A stretch of 64,000 nucleotides of DNA, taken from positions 1-64,000 of IMG/VR virus record IMGVR_UViG_2851775564_000002; one strand, written 5' to 3'. Below are positions 8,918 through 18,968 of the stretch, piece after piece. The translations under genes were made by a program, and so were the position numbers. The notes beneath the pieces are model-generated. The model was not told the origin of the DNA and did no database searches. It was given only the letters and a program-made list of their open reading frames with translations. The stretch is from a virus. Lineage: Duplodnaviria > Caudoviricetes. Every line of letters begins with the position of its first letter. The stretch's first letter is position 1.

Positions 8918-11287
8918 ATGAATTTTGTTATTTCAACTGGCAATAGCCGTAAAGATAAATTATGGAAAAAACAATCAGTAACTTGGGAGGAGTTCGCACA
9001 AAAACTCTCCCATACAACTGTTACAAGTGAAACCCAAGCAGAGTATAGAAAAATGAAAAAATTTCAGCAGGATAATGTAAAAGATGTAGGTGGTTTTGTA
9101 GCAGGAGAACTTAAAGATGGTAGGCGTAAAAAAGAAAATGTTTTATCACGTTCCATGTTAACCTTAGATATGGATTATGCAGATGATGCAGAAGTAATAA
9201 CCTCAGATATTGAAATGTTATATGATTATGCTTGTTGTATTTATTCTACTCATAAGCATAGCAAAGATAAGCCAAGGCTTAGAATTATTATTCCTTTATC
9301 AAAAACTGTAAATGCAGATGAGTATCAAGCTATATCACGAATGATAGCAAAGCAAATTGGTATTGAATTATTTGATGATACTACTTATGAACCAAATAGG
9401 TTGATGTATTTTCCTAGCACCTCATCTGATGGAGAGTATTTCTTTAAAGTTATTAATGGAGAATTTTTAAATCCTGATAATATTCTCTCTTTATATAAAG
9501 ATTGGAAGGATACATCTTCATGGCCTGTATCTTCAAGGCAAACAGCTATTATTGAAAAGACTATGAAAAAGCAGGAAAATCCTTTAAAGAAACAAGGTAT
9601 GGTAGGAGCATTTTGCAGAAGTTACGCAATTATAGAAGCTATAGAAACTTTTTTATCAGATATTTATGCACCTAGTATTATTCCAGATAGGTATGATTAT
9701 ATTCCTGCTGATTCTGCAGCTGGAGTTATTATTTATGATAATAAATATGCATATTCTCATCATGCTACAGATCCAGCCTGCAACAAACTTTTAAATGCAT
9801 TTGACCTTGTAAGAATTCACCTTTATGGAGATATGGATGAAGATGCAGATGAAAAGAAACAATTACCATCTTATAAAGCAATGGTGGAATTTTGCAGAGA
9901 AGATGAAAAGGTGAAAAGGCAACTTTCAAAAGAACGTGAAGAAGAGGCTTTGGAAGAATTTAAAAATGATAATGAGTGGGAGCTTAATTTAGAACTTAAT
10001 AAAAATGGAACAGTTAAAGATACTCTTATTAACATAACAGAAATATTTCGTCATGACAGTATGTTTGAATCTATTGCTTATAATGAGTTATCTCATACCA
10101 TAGATGTTAATGGAGAACTTCCATGGAAACAAGTAAAAAAGGGATGGAATGATTCAGACCTTTCTTATGCCAAAGTGTATTTAGATAAGAAATATGGTAT
10201 TTGGTCTCCAGGAAAGTTCAAAGATGCACTACTTGCAGGAGCATCAGAAAGAGCATTTCATCCAATTAAGGATTATTTTAATTCACTACCTAATTGGGAT
10301 AAAGAAGAAAGATTAGATACACTTCTTATTGATTATTTTGATGCTGAAGATAATTTTTATACAAAAGAAGTTATGAGAAAAACTTTAGTTGCAGCAGTAG
10401 CTAGAATATATGAACCAGGCATAAAGTTTGATTATGTCTTAATTTTAAATGGCAATCAAGGTATTGGAAAATCTACGTTCTTTTCTAAGCTTGCAGGAAA
10501 ATGGTTTTCTGACAGTTTAACTATATCAGATATGAGAGATAAAGCGGCTGCAGAAAAACTTCAAGGATACTGGATTTTAGAACTTGGAGAGCTTGCAGGT
10601 CTTAGAAAAATGGATGTTGAAACAGTTAAATCCTTTATAACTAGAACAGATGATAAGTTTAGACAAAGCTATGGAGTAACTGTTGAAAACCATCCAAGAC
10701 AGTGCATTATAGTTGGAACTACTAATGCAGAAAAAGGCTTTTTAAGAGATGTTACAGGTAACAGAAGATTTTGGCCCGTTCAGGTTAAATTAGGTAAAAA
10801 GAGTGTTTGGGAAGATATTACACAAAATGAAGTTAATCAAATTTGGGCAGAGGCAATTGTAAAGTATAAAGCAGGAGAAGAACTAACCTTAAAAGGAGAA
10901 TCAGCAGTAATGGCTTATCAGCATCAGCAAGAGGCTATGGAAGAAGATGATCGTGAAGGTCTTGTTAGAGATTATTTAAATACACTTTTACCAGATAATT
11001 GGGATAATATGGACTTATTTCAAAGGCGTAATTTTTTAGTAGGTGACAGCGAATTTGGAGCTGAAACTTTAGTAGGTACTGTAAAAAGAGAGAGGGTATG
11101 CATTCAAGAGATTTGGTGTGAATGTTTTGGTAAAAAGAAAGAAGATATAAAAAGAAGTGATTCTTTTGAAATACAAGGTATTTTAGTAAAAATAGGAGGG
11201 TGGAAGCGTTATAGGGGTAATAAATTTGGTAAAATGAGAATTCCTATTTATGGTCCGCAGTTAACATATATAAGAGATGAAAACTAA
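8918..11287 (+). CDS. Primase-helicase (VirE/virulence-associated E family)
   Basis: N-term primpol LDMD, YSTHKH; Walker A GNQGIGKST; TGNRRFWPV. Confidence 0.88.
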   Translation: MNFVISTGNSRKDKLWKKQSVTWEEFAQKLSHTTVTSETQAEYRKMKKFQQDNVKDVGGFVAGELKDGRRKKENVLSRSMLTLDMDYADDAEVITSDIEMLYDYACCIYSTHKHSKDKPRLRIIIPLSKTVNADEYQAISRMIAKQIGIELFDDTTYEPNRLMYFPSTSSDGEYFFKVINGEFLNPDNILSLYKDWKDTSSWPVSSRQTAIIEKTMKKQENPLKKQGMVGAFCRSYAIIEAIETFLSDIYAPSIIPDRYDYIPADSAAGVIIYDNKYAYSHHATDPACNKLLNAFDLVRIHLYGDMDEDADEKKQLPSYKAMVEFCREDEKVKRQLSKEREEEALEEFKNDNEWELNLELNKNGTVKDTLINITEIFRHDSMFESIAYNELSHTIDVNGELPWKQVKKGWNDSDLSYAKVYLDKKYGIWSPGKFKDALLAGASERAFHPIKDYFNSLPNWDKEERLDTLLIDYFDAEDNFYTKEVMRKTLVAAVARIYEPGIKFDYVLILNGNQGIGKSTFFSKLAGKWFSDSLTISDMRDKAAAEKLQGYWILELGELAGLRKMDVETVKSFITRTDDKFRQSYGVTVENHPRQCIIVGTTNAEKGFLRDVTGNRRFWPVQVKLGKKSVWEDITQNEVNQIWAEAIVKYKAGEELTLKGESAVMAYQHQQEAMEEDDREGLVRDYLNTLLPDNWDNMDLFQRRNFLVGDSEFGAETLVGTVKRERVCIQEIWCECFGKKKEDIKRSDSFEIQGILVKIGGWKRYRGNKFGKMRIPIYGPQLTYIRDEN

Positions 11288-11294
11288 AGCAGAT

Positions 11295-11525
11295 TTACAA
11301 GAACTAAATAATTGTTTCTAAGATACTTAAGATTAAAACAGGTACATTTTAAAAACTTGTACTAAAGACAGATAAAACAAAGGCTTATTATATATTAGTT
11401 CTTATGTTCTTATCTCTATTATAGAGTATGTATGTATATTATATATAGAGTATATAGGGTACGCATGTATATATACGCACGCGTAAGAGTTTAAAACCCT
11501 AAGAAACAGCCTTTAAGAACAAAAG
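11295..11525. other. Putative replication origin of prophage 1
   Basis: Non-coding gap after primase with alternating purine/pyrimidine tract (tatgtatgtatattatatata..tacgcacgcgta) and AGAAC/GTTCT repeats. Confidence 0.45.
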
Positions 11526-11583
11526 ATGGAAGGTAAAAATCATAATCTCAGCTATAGAAAAAAGCATGGGAGGTAAAAAAGTT

Positions 11584-11871
11584 ATGAGAGAAAAAGATAT
11601 AGAGAAGATATTAATTAGAAAAGTGAAAACAAGAGGTGGACTAGCATTAAAGTTTATTTCTCCGAGTGTCAATGGAGTGCCAGATCGTTTGGTGCTCCTA
11701 CCTAAAAGTAAAATAGCATTTGTAGAATTAAAAGCACCTGGAAAGAAAATGAGACCTCTTCAGATAAAAAGAAAAACACAATTAGAATCATTAGGATTTT
11801 TAGTTTATTGCATAGATAGGAAAGAAGAGATAGAAGGTGTTATAGATGAAATTGAAAAAAGTAGATTATAA
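11584..11871 (+). CDS. VRR-NUC domain nuclease
   Basis: GVPDRLVL..FVELKAPG. Confidence 0.85.
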   Translation: MREKDIEKILIRKVKTRGGLALKFISPSVNGVPDRLVLLPKSKIAFVELKAPGKKMRPLQIKRKTQLESLGFLVYCIDRKEEIEGVIDEIEKSRL

Positions 11872-13225
11872 GCCACATGGATATCAAGCTTTTTCAACAG
11901 AATTTATATTAAAACATAAATCAGCAGGACTTTTCTTAGAATGTGGTCTTGGCAAAAGTGTAATTACTTTAACTGCAATTGTAGAACTTATGTATAATAT
12001 GTTTGATGTTTCAAAAGTTTTAGTAATTGCACCACTTAGAGTAGCTGACACTACATGGCAAGATGAAATAGAAAAGTGGGAGCATCTAAAATATTTAAAG
12101 CTTTCAAAGATATTAGGAAGTAAGAAAAATAGGATAATGGCACTTTATAAAAAGGCAGATATTTATACCATCAACAGAGAGAATGTTCCATGGCTTGTGG
12201 ATTTTTATAAAAATGATTGGCCCTTTGATATGGTAGTTATTGATGAACTTTCAAGTTTTAAATCTCCATCGGCTAAAAGGTTTAAAGCATTAAAGAAAGT
12301 AAGACATAAAATTAAAAGAATTGTAGGTCTTACTGGAACACCTGCACCAAATGGTTTATTAAATATTTGGAGTCAGATTTATCTTTTAGATGGTGGAGAG
12401 AGACTGGGAAGAACCTTTACTGGCTACCGCAACAGATATTTTCATCCACAAAAATATATAAATGGAGTTATTCCAGCAGATTATGTTATTAATGAAGATG
12501 CAGAAAAAAGGATATATGAGAAAATTTCAGATATATGCATTAGCATGAAGGCTCTTGATTATTTAAAAATGCCAGAGTGTATTTTTAATAAAGTTATGGT
12601 GGAACTATCAGAAAAAGATATGAAACTATATCGTAAGCTTGAAAGAGATTTATTATTACCTTTTGAGGATAGTGATGTTGATGCAAAAAATGCAGCAGTA
12701 CTTTCTAATAAACTTCTGCAAATGGCAAGTGGTGCTGTTTATGATGAGTTTGGTGATGTTAAACTTATTCATGATAAAAAATTAGATGCACTAGAAGATT
12801 TAATAGAAGCAGCTAATGGTAAACCAGTTCTTGTGTATTATGGATTCAAACATGATAAAGATAGAATTAAGGAACGTTTTGAGGTAGAAGAAATTAATAC
12901 TTCAGAAGATATTGCAAGGTGGAATGAAGGAAAAATACAAATTGCTTTATGTCATCCAGCATCTACAGGACATGGGCTTAATCTTCAAGAAGGAGGATGT
13001 ACAATTATTTGGTTTAGTCTTACTTGGAGCTTAGAACTTTATCAGCAAGCCAATGCAAGATTATATAGACAAGGACAAAAGCACACTGTGGTGATTCACC
13101 ATATCATAGCAAAATATACAGTAGATGAAAAAGTTATACAAGCTTTAGAAAATAAAGATACAAGTCAAACTGCTTTAATTGATGCAGTTAAAGCAAGAAT
13201 TAAAAAGCAGGAAGGGAGAGCCTAA
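11846..13225 (+). CDS. SNF2-family helicase
   Basis: GLGKS, VVIDELS, LTGTP, GHGLNLQ, QANARLYRQGQ. Confidence 0.9.
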   Translation: MKLKKVDYKPHGYQAFSTEFILKHKSAGLFLECGLGKSVITLTAIVELMYNMFDVSKVLVIAPLRVADTTWQDEIEKWEHLKYLKLSKILGSKKNRIMALYKKADIYTINRENVPWLVDFYKNDWPFDMVVIDELSSFKSPSAKRFKALKKVRHKIKRIVGLTGTPAPNGLLNIWSQIYLLDGGERLGRTFTGYRNRYFHPQKYINGVIPADYVINEDAEKRIYEKISDICISMKALDYLKMPECIFNKVMVELSEKDMKLYRKLERDLLLPFEDSDVDAKNAAVLSNKLLQMASGAVYDEFGDVKLIHDKKLDALEDLIEAANGKPVLVYYGFKHDKDRIKERFEVEEINTSEDIARWNEGKIQIALCHPASTGHGLNLQEGGCTIIWFSLTWSLELYQQANARLYRQGQKHTVVIHHIIAKYTVDEKVIQALENKDTSQTALIDAVKARIKKQEGRA

Positions 13226-13226
13226 T

Positions 13227-13649
13227 ATGAATGCAAAAGAATATTTATCACAAGCTGTTTGGCTTGATAAAAGAATAGATAGTAAACTTGAGCAATTAGA
13301 ATCCTTAAAGAGTTTAGCCATGAAAGTAAATACAGATATTACACAAGAAAGAGTATCAGGCGGACCTAATAGTAAAAGTCCAATGGAAAATGTAATGGTA
13401 AAGGTTATTGATTTAGAATATGAGATTAATAAAGATATTGATAAACTGGTGGATCTCAAGAAAGAAATTATGGAAACTATAAATAAACTTAGTGATTTGA
13501 ATTACCAGTTGCTTTTAGAGATGAGATATATTAATGGTAGGTGCTGGGATGATATAGCAACATCTATGGGATATGATAGAAGTTCAATATTTAGAATTCA
13601 TGGAAAAGCATTAAAAGAAATAGATAAATTAAAAGTTGCGACTAAATGA
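13227..13649 (+). CDS. Late transcriptional activator (DUF1492/RinA-like)
   Basis: MNAKEYLSQA; LLEMRYI..WDDIATSMGY..HGKAL. Confidence 0.75.
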   Translation: MNAKEYLSQAVWLDKRIDSKLEQLESLKSLAMKVNTDITQERVSGGPNSKSPMENVMVKVIDLEYEINKDIDKLVDLKKEIMETINKLSDLNYQLLLEMRYINGRCWDDIATSMGYDRSSIFRIHGKALKEIDKLKVATK

Positions 13650-13691
13650 GACTAAATAAGACTGAATGCCACCCAGTATAAGTGATATAAT
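13638..13691 (+). promoter_or_regulatory. Late promoter: three 10-bp tandem activator repeats plus extended -10
   Basis: gcgactaaat-gagactaaat-aagactgaat, then TGaTATAAT (13683-13691). Confidence 0.65.
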
Positions 13692-13792
13692 ATAAAGTGT
13701 AAAAGCATAGAAAAATTAAGAGCACCATATGCTGTAGTATATGCCGATGTTATATCGATTCGATTCTTAGGAAACGCAGCATTCTTGATAAC

Positions 13793-13827
13793 AAAGCCCT
13801 TGGAGGTAAAACTCTGGAGGGTTTTTT
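13793..13827 (+). terminator. Intrinsic terminator in late leader
   Basis: gcccttggag-gtaaaa-ctctggagggt plus T tract. Confidence 0.6.
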
Positions 13828-13859
13828 CTATGCATAAAAATAAAGGATGGTGAAATAAA

Positions 13860-14213
13860 GTGCCAATGAAACCATTAAAACCTTGTAGGCATCCAGGATG
13901 CCCTGAACTTACAAAGAATAAATATTGTGAAAAACATATGAATTTACATAGAAATAAAAGAGAAAGTGCTGGAAGACGTGGCTACGATAGCAGATGGAAT
14001 AAGATTAGAAAGATATTTCTAAAAAATAATCCTATATGTGTTGAGTGTAAAAAACAAGGTAGGATAACAAAGGCTACAGTAGTTGATCATATTATTCCTC
14101 ATAGAGGAGATTATAAATTGTTTTGGGATAAGAGCAACTGGCAACCTTTGTGTAAAAAGTGTCATGATAAGAAGACAATGACAGAAGATAGGTATCAAGA
14201 ATTTAAATATTAA
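13860..14213 (+). CDS. Packaging HNH endonuclease
   Basis: CVEC..ATVVDHIIPH..NWQPLCKKCHDKKT. Confidence 0.9.
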   Translation: MPMKPLKPCRHPGCPELTKNKYCEKHMNLHRNKRESAGRRGYDSRWNKIRKIFLKNNPICVECKKQGRITKATVVDHIIPHRGDYKLFWDKSNWQPLCKKCHDKKTMTEDRYQEFKY

Positions 14214-14275
14214 AGAATAATTAGGTGTAAATAAAAATAATTATATAGTATATCAATTATTTTGAGGGTGTTTTC

Positions 14276-14785
14276 TTGGAATCTAGGAAGCGAGATATTA
14301 TAGAATTAGTAAACAGGGCAAAAGAAGAAATTGAAAAAATTAAGAAAAGTAGCATAGAAAACAAAGAAACTATTGATGAAATTAATAGTTTAAAAGTAAA
14401 ATTAAAAGAAATAGAGGATGCATTAAAACCAAATCAACAAAACATAAAACGTAGGATAGCTAGTTTGAATTCAATATTAGAAGAACTATCAGATATAAAG
14501 TCCGATATAGTTTTAAGTATGGAAGAAGAGATGTTTAATGTTATTGGAAAAAATTTATTAGATGGTATGGTACTTGAAAAAGTTGTAAACACTGAAAATT
14601 TAAAATCAATTATTTTTAAAGATGAAGAAGTTGGGAACATAGAGATCTTGGAAGATTGTAGACCTGATATTAAAATTAAAGTTAAGGTATATAATAACGT
14701 TGACGAGTTTACAGTACAGGACCCATTTAAAATGTATAGTATAATTTCATTTATAAATACTAAGTTTAATTATAAACAAGAATAA
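14276..14785 (+). CDS. Hypothetical moron protein (N-terminal coiled coil)
   Basis: 169 aa ORF between HNH and cos. Confidence 0.55.
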   Translation: MESRKRDIIELVNRAKEEIEKIKKSSIENKETIDEINSLKVKLKEIEDALKPNQQNIKRRIASLNSILEELSDIKSDIVLSMEEEMFNVIGKNLLDGMVLEKVVNTENLKSIIFKDEEVGNIEILEDCRPDIKIKVKVYNNVDEFTVQDPFKMYSIISFINTKFNYKQE

Positions 14786-14813
14786 TAAATATTAGGGTGA
14801 ATGAGATTTTTTT

Positions 14814-14902
14814 ATGGGTAGGGGGGTTCAAACCTCTAAAGAGGACATGCCAAGGACCGCCGCCCCCTCACGTGTGAATTTTCGCAGAATTAAACAAGGG
14901 GG
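14814..14902. other. Putative cos site
   Basis: GC-rich island gggtagggggg..gaccgccgccccctcacgtgtg..aaggggg downstream of HNH. Confidence 0.6.
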
Positions 14903-14936
14903 ATAGGCAAAAATCGCATAATATAAAGTTTAAATT

Positions 14937-14968
14937 AAGTAGCTACAAGTGTTGTGGTTACTTTTTTT
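14937..14968 (+). terminator. Hairpin plus T tract
   Basis: aagtagctaca-agtgt-tgtggttactt ttttt. Confidence 0.5.
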
Positions 14969-15009
14969 ATTGCGTAAAGATTTAATATTTAATGAAAGGA
15001 GCAACTCAT

Positions 15010-15450
15010 ATGACAAGTGATGAAAAAGAAAAAATAAGAGAACTAAGATTAAAAGGTATGGGATATAAAAAAATTGCTAACTTTTTAAATCTAACTAGAG
15101 ATAGCGTTAGAGGGTTTTGTAAGCGTAATGGGTTAGAAGGAAATTCATGTGTTGTTGCTCTAAATTTTGAAGAAAAGATGAAAAGAAATTTACTTTGCGT
15201 CTATTGTGATAAACCCTTAAAGCAAAATGGTAAAGGCAGAATTAGAAGATTTTGCTCTGATGATTGTAGAAGAAAATGGTGGAATGAAAATCAAGATAAA
15301 AGAAATAGAAAAGAAACAGCATTTTATAAATATACCTGTGCTTACTGTGGAAAAGAATTTAGTGCTTATGGAAATAAAAATAGAAAATACTGTAGCCACA
15401 ACTGCTACATTAAAGATAGATTTTGGAGGGATGAGGAAAATGGAATTTAA
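15010..15450 (+). CDS. HTH plus zinc-finger protein (paralog of 46554..47063)
   Basis: GMGYKKIA..VRGFCKRNGL; CVYC, CSDDC, CAYC, YCSHNCYIKDRF. Confidence 0.7.
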   Translation: MTSDEKEKIRELRLKGMGYKKIANFLNLTRDSVRGFCKRNGLEGNSCVVALNFEEKMKRNLLCVYCDKPLKQNGKGRIRRFCSDDCRRKWWNENQDKRNRKETAFYKYTCAYCGKEFSAYGNKNRKYCSHNCYIKDRFWRDEENGI

Positions 15451-16663
15451 GAAATTAAAAATTTCAGATTTAGTTCCTGCTGCATATAATCCTAGAAAAA
15501 AATTAAAACCAGGAGATAAAGAATTTGATAAAATTAAAAGCAGCATAAATGAATTTGGATATGTTGAGCCTATTATTGTAAATTCTGATATGACAATTAT
15601 AGGAGGACATCAAAGAGTTTCAGTTTTAAAAACATTAGGTTATGAAGATATAGATTGCATTGTAATAGATATTGATAAAACCAAAGAAAAAGCACTAAAT
15701 ATTGCTCTTAATAAGATTACTGGTGAATGGAACAAAGAATTACTTGCTGATTTAATAAAGGATCTACAGGAAATTGATTATGATGTAGAGTTTACAGGTT
15801 TTGAGCCACCAGAAATTGATGAACTTTTTAATGAACTTCATCCTAAAGGTGTGAAAGAAGATGGTTTTGATGAAGCACCACCAGAAGTTCCAATAACAAA
15901 GAATGGTGATATTTGGTTGCTTGGAAGACATCGGTTAATATGCGGTGATAGCACAAAACTTGAAACATATGAAAAACTTATGGAAGGAAAGAAAGCAAAT
16001 TTAGTTGTAACAGACCCTCCGTACAATGTTTCCTATGAAGGAGCAGCAGGAAAAATTCAAAATGATAACATGGAAGATAAAAAGTTTTATGAATTTCTTC
16101 TTAATGCTTATAAGGGTATGTATGAAAGTCTTGCAGACGGAGGTTCTATTTATGTATTTCATGCTGATAGGGAAACAGTTAATTTTAGAGTAGCTTTTAA
16201 AGATGCAGGATTCTTTTGTCATCAAACTTGTATATGGATAAAGAATTCTCCAGTATTAGGACGTTGTGATTATCAATATAATCATGAGCCTGTACTTGTA
16301 GGATGGAAACCTACTGCAGGACATAAATTTTACGGAGATAGAAAGCAAAGGACCACTTGGAATTTTGACAGACCTACAAAATCAAAATATCATCCAACAA
16401 TGAAGCCAATAGCTTTAGTTGCATATCCAATTACAAATTCAAGTTTAACAAATTCTATTGTGCTAGATCCTTTTGGAGGAAGTGGTTCAACTCTTATAGC
16501 TTGTGAGCAGACAGATAGAATTTGCTATACTATAGAACTTGATGAAAAATATGCTGATGTTATTGTTAAGAGATATATAGGACAAGTAGATAGTGATGAA
16601 GTCATATTTCTTATAAGAAATGGTGAAAAAATTTCTTATAAAGATATTGAAAAAAGTGAATAA
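15440..16663 (+). CDS. ParB-like domain + N6/N4 DNA methyltransferase
   Basis: YNPRK..FGYVEP..GGHQR; TDPPY; HPTMKP; DPFGGSGST. Confidence 0.88.
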   Translation: MEFKKLKISDLVPAAYNPRKKLKPGDKEFDKIKSSINEFGYVEPIIVNSDMTIIGGHQRVSVLKTLGYEDIDCIVIDIDKTKEKALNIALNKITGEWNKELLADLIKDLQEIDYDVEFTGFEPPEIDELFNELHPKGVKEDGFDEAPPEVPITKNGDIWLLGRHRLICGDSTKLETYEKLMEGKKANLVVTDPPYNVSYEGAAGKIQNDNMEDKKFYEFLLNAYKGMYESLADGGSIYVFHADRETVNFRVAFKDAGFFCHQTCIWIKNSPVLGRCDYQYNHEPVLVGWKPTAGHKFYGDRKQRTTWNFDRPTKSKYHPTMKPIALVAYPITNSSLTNSIVLDPFGGSGSTLIACEQTDRICYTIELDEKYADVIVKRYIGQVDSDEVIFLIRNGEKISYKDIEKSE

Positions 16664-16707
16664 AACCCTTGCTATATGTGTGCTTTAGAGTGATATATGT
16701 ATGTAAC
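16664..16707 (+). promoter_or_regulatory. Conserved phage promoter motif CTTG-N12-TTTAGAGTGATATAT (copies at 17141, 39927, 46491)
   Basis: Same spacing in four intergenic copies, each upstream of an RBS. Confidence 0.6.
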
Positions 16708-16731
16708 GAAAACACACATGGAGGTTTAAAA

Positions 16732-17043
16732 ATGAGAGCATTATTTGGAAGAAAGGTTTTAAATTTAAAGGAACTTAACTACCTTACAAAAGAAGCTAAG
16801 AAAGATGGAATGAAAGGAGAACTTTACGAAGTTACAAAAGAAATAAAATTAAGTGATGAGGAATTCAAAGAATTTGCAAAAGACTTTTGCAGAGATCAAA
16901 ATTGGATAACAAAAGAAGATGGTGGATGCAATTCAAAAGGGGAATTAAGATGCATAAGAGTTAAAAATACAAAAACAAATAAAAGTATCTTAGTAGATTC
17001 AGAAGGTTATGATTATCCAAGATACACAGCAATAGAAAAGTAG
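16732..17043 (+). CDS. Conserved hypothetical phage protein
   Basis: RBS GGAGG; ILVDSEGYDYPRY C-terminal motif. Confidence 0.65.
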   Translation: MRALFGRKVLNLKELNYLTKEAKKDGMKGELYEVTKEIKLSDEEFKEFAKDFCRDQNWITKEDGGCNSKGELRCIRVKNTKTNKSILVDSEGYDYPRYTAIEK

Positions 17044-17048
17044 AAATT

Positions 17049-17071
17049 AAGCCACCTAAAGGGTGGTTTTT
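17049..17071 (+). terminator. Intrinsic terminator
   Basis: gccacc-taaag-ggtggt tttt. Confidence 0.7.
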
Positions 17072-17221
17072 CTTATGCTGTAATTATAGAAATTAGTCCA
17101 TAAAAAATATATATTTTATTTGATAGAATCTTGCATATATAACTGGATATACACACCTTTCAGAGGTAATATGTACACTACCAAAAGGTAATAAACACAC
17201 TTTGAAAGGAGTAGAAAAGAA

Positions 17222-18127
17222 TTGAAGAACCAAACAATTGGTGTAGAAATTGAAATGACAGGAATTACAAGAGAAAAAGCTTCAAAAGTTATTTCAAAAT
17301 TTCTAAATGGAGAAATCGAAAGAAACTATGATAGTTATGATACCTATAAGGTAACAGCACCAGATAAAAGAATCTGGAAAATAATGAGTGATGCAAGTAT
17401 TGAAACAATGAAAAAAGAAAAGGGTACACTTATTTCAGCAGATAAAAGTTATAGTGTAGAACTTGTAACGCCTATTCTAAAGTATGAAGATATTGAAATC
17501 TTGCAAGAACTTATAAGAAAGCTTAGACATGCAGGAGCAGTTAGCGAAAGTAAGCTGAAATGTGGAATTCATATTCATATAGGTGCAAAAGGACATACTC
17601 CAAATACTTTAAAGAATCTAGTTAATCTTATAGCAGCAAAGGAAGATTTAATTTATAAAAGCCTTGAAATTGATCCAGCTAGGGTTAAATATTGCAAAAA
17701 GGTTAATAATCATTTGATGGAAACTATAAATAAAAAGAAACCTAAGAATTTAAAGGAGCTTGCAGATATTTGGTATAGCGATTATGGCGTTGAGAATAGG
17801 AGAAGGCACTACCATACAAGCAGATATCATGGACTAAATTTACATAGTACTTTTACAAAAGGAACTATTGAGTTTAGACTTTTTAATGGGACTATGCACG
17901 CAGGAAAAATTAGAAGTTACATAGTTTTTTGCTTAGCCATTAGCCACCAAGCATTAAAACAAAAAAGTGCAAGTGCAAAACGTACCAATACTGATAATGA
18001 AAAATATACCTTTAGGTGTTGGCTTCTTAGACTTGGGCTTATAGGAGATGAATTTAAAAATTGCAGAATGCACCTTATGAAATCTCTTGATGGAGATTCA
18101 GCATTTAGAACACCAAGGATTGCTTGA
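17222..18127 (+). CDS. Putative amidoligase (COOH-NH2 ligase type 2)
   Basis: IGVEIE, DASI, VELVTP, CGIHIH, RYHGLN, TIEFRLFNGT. Confidence 0.85.
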   Translation: MKNQTIGVEIEMTGITREKASKVISKFLNGEIERNYDSYDTYKVTAPDKRIWKIMSDASIETMKKEKGTLISADKSYSVELVTPILKYEDIEILQELIRKLRHAGAVSESKLKCGIHIHIGAKGHTPNTLKNLVNLIAAKEDLIYKSLEIDPARVKYCKKVNNHLMETINKKKPKNLKELADIWYSDYGVENRRRHYHTSRYHGLNLHSTFTKGTIEFRLFNGTMHAGKIRSYIVFCLAISHQALKQKSASAKRTNTDNEKYTFRCWLLRLGLIGDEFKNCRMHLMKSLDGDSAFRTPRIA

Positions 18128-18195
18128 AAATAGAAATCACTTGAAAGTTTTATAGATTCCAAATTAAAAATAAACTAAAGTAGCGGAGGTTATTT

Positions 18196-18405
18196 ATGGA
18201 TAAATTTTTTACACAAAAAACTTGTGATAGATGTGGTGGTTCTTTAGGAAATGGAAGGATCATGTCAATGTTTAATACCGAGTGCATTTGCATGGAGTGC
18301 CATAAAAAAGAAAAACAAGATAAGGATTATGAAAAGGCAGTTAAGGCGGACCATGAAGAAATTAAAAAAGGTAACTATAATTACAAAGGCATAAGAGGTA
18401 AATAA
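18196..18405 (+). CDS. Small zinc-finger protein associated with amidoligase cassettes
   Basis: CDRC..MSMFN..CMEC. Confidence 0.6.
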   Translation: MDKFFTQKTCDRCGGSLGNGRIMSMFNTECICMECHKKEKQDKDYEKAVKADHEEIKKGNYNYKGIRGK

Positions 18406-18420
18406 TTAGAAAATTATATG

Positions 18421-18453
18421 AAGAACTTACTAAATTACAGTAGGTTCTTTTTT
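18421..18453 (+). terminator. Intrinsic terminator
   Basis: aagaacttact-aaattac-agtaggttctt tttt. Confidence 0.7.
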
Positions 18454-18485
18454 GTTATAGATTTTAAAGATTGGAGGTGAAAACT

Positions 18486-18968
18486 ATGGCACAAAGGGGA
18501 AGAAAACCAAAACCAACTGCAATTAAAATCATTGAAGGTAATCCAGGTAAAAGACCATTAAATAAAAATGAACCTAAACCAGAAAAGAAAGCGCCAAGAT
18601 GCCCAAGTTGGTTAGAAGATGATGCAAAAAAAGAATGGAGAAGAATGGCAAAGCAAATGGAGCACCTAGGTACTTTAACAGAAATAGATATGGCAGCATT
18701 TGCAGGATATTGCCAGGCTTATGCAAGGTGGAAGGAAGCTGAGGAGTTTGTTACAAAACATGGTGCTATAGTAAAAACTCCATCTGGTTATTGGCAGCAA
18801 GTACCACAGGTTTCAATAGCACAAACTTATTTGAAAATAATGAATAAGTTTTGTGAACAATTTGGTCTTACTCCATCTTCAAGAAGTAGAATTATTACAG
18901 ATTCAAATGAAAATGAAGATGACAAGATGGAATTATTGCTATTTAAGGGTGGTGGCAAGAATGTATGA
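18486..18968 (+). CDS. terS: Terminase small subunit, P27 family
   Basis: GRKPKPT..GNPGKR; FGLTPSSRSRI. Confidence 0.9.
   Translation: MAQRGRKPKPTAIKIIEGNPGKRPLNKNEPKPEKKAPRCPSWLEDDAKKEWRRMAKQMEHLGTLTEIDMAAFAGYCQAYARWKEAEEFVTKHGAIVKTPSGYWQQVPQVSIAQTYLKIMNKFCEQFGLTPSSRSRIITDSNENEDDKMELLLFKGGGKNV

Noticed and set aside
13729-13783. Hammerhead ribozyme or tRNA
   Set aside because: GUA and GAAAC are present but there is no CUGANGA core and stem I is not viable; no cloverleaf or T-loop
15227-15439. N-terminal extension of the methylase (similar cases at 18853, 13179, 16669, 44317)
   Set aside because: Overlaps the upstream gene or promoter; RBS or coupling supports later starts
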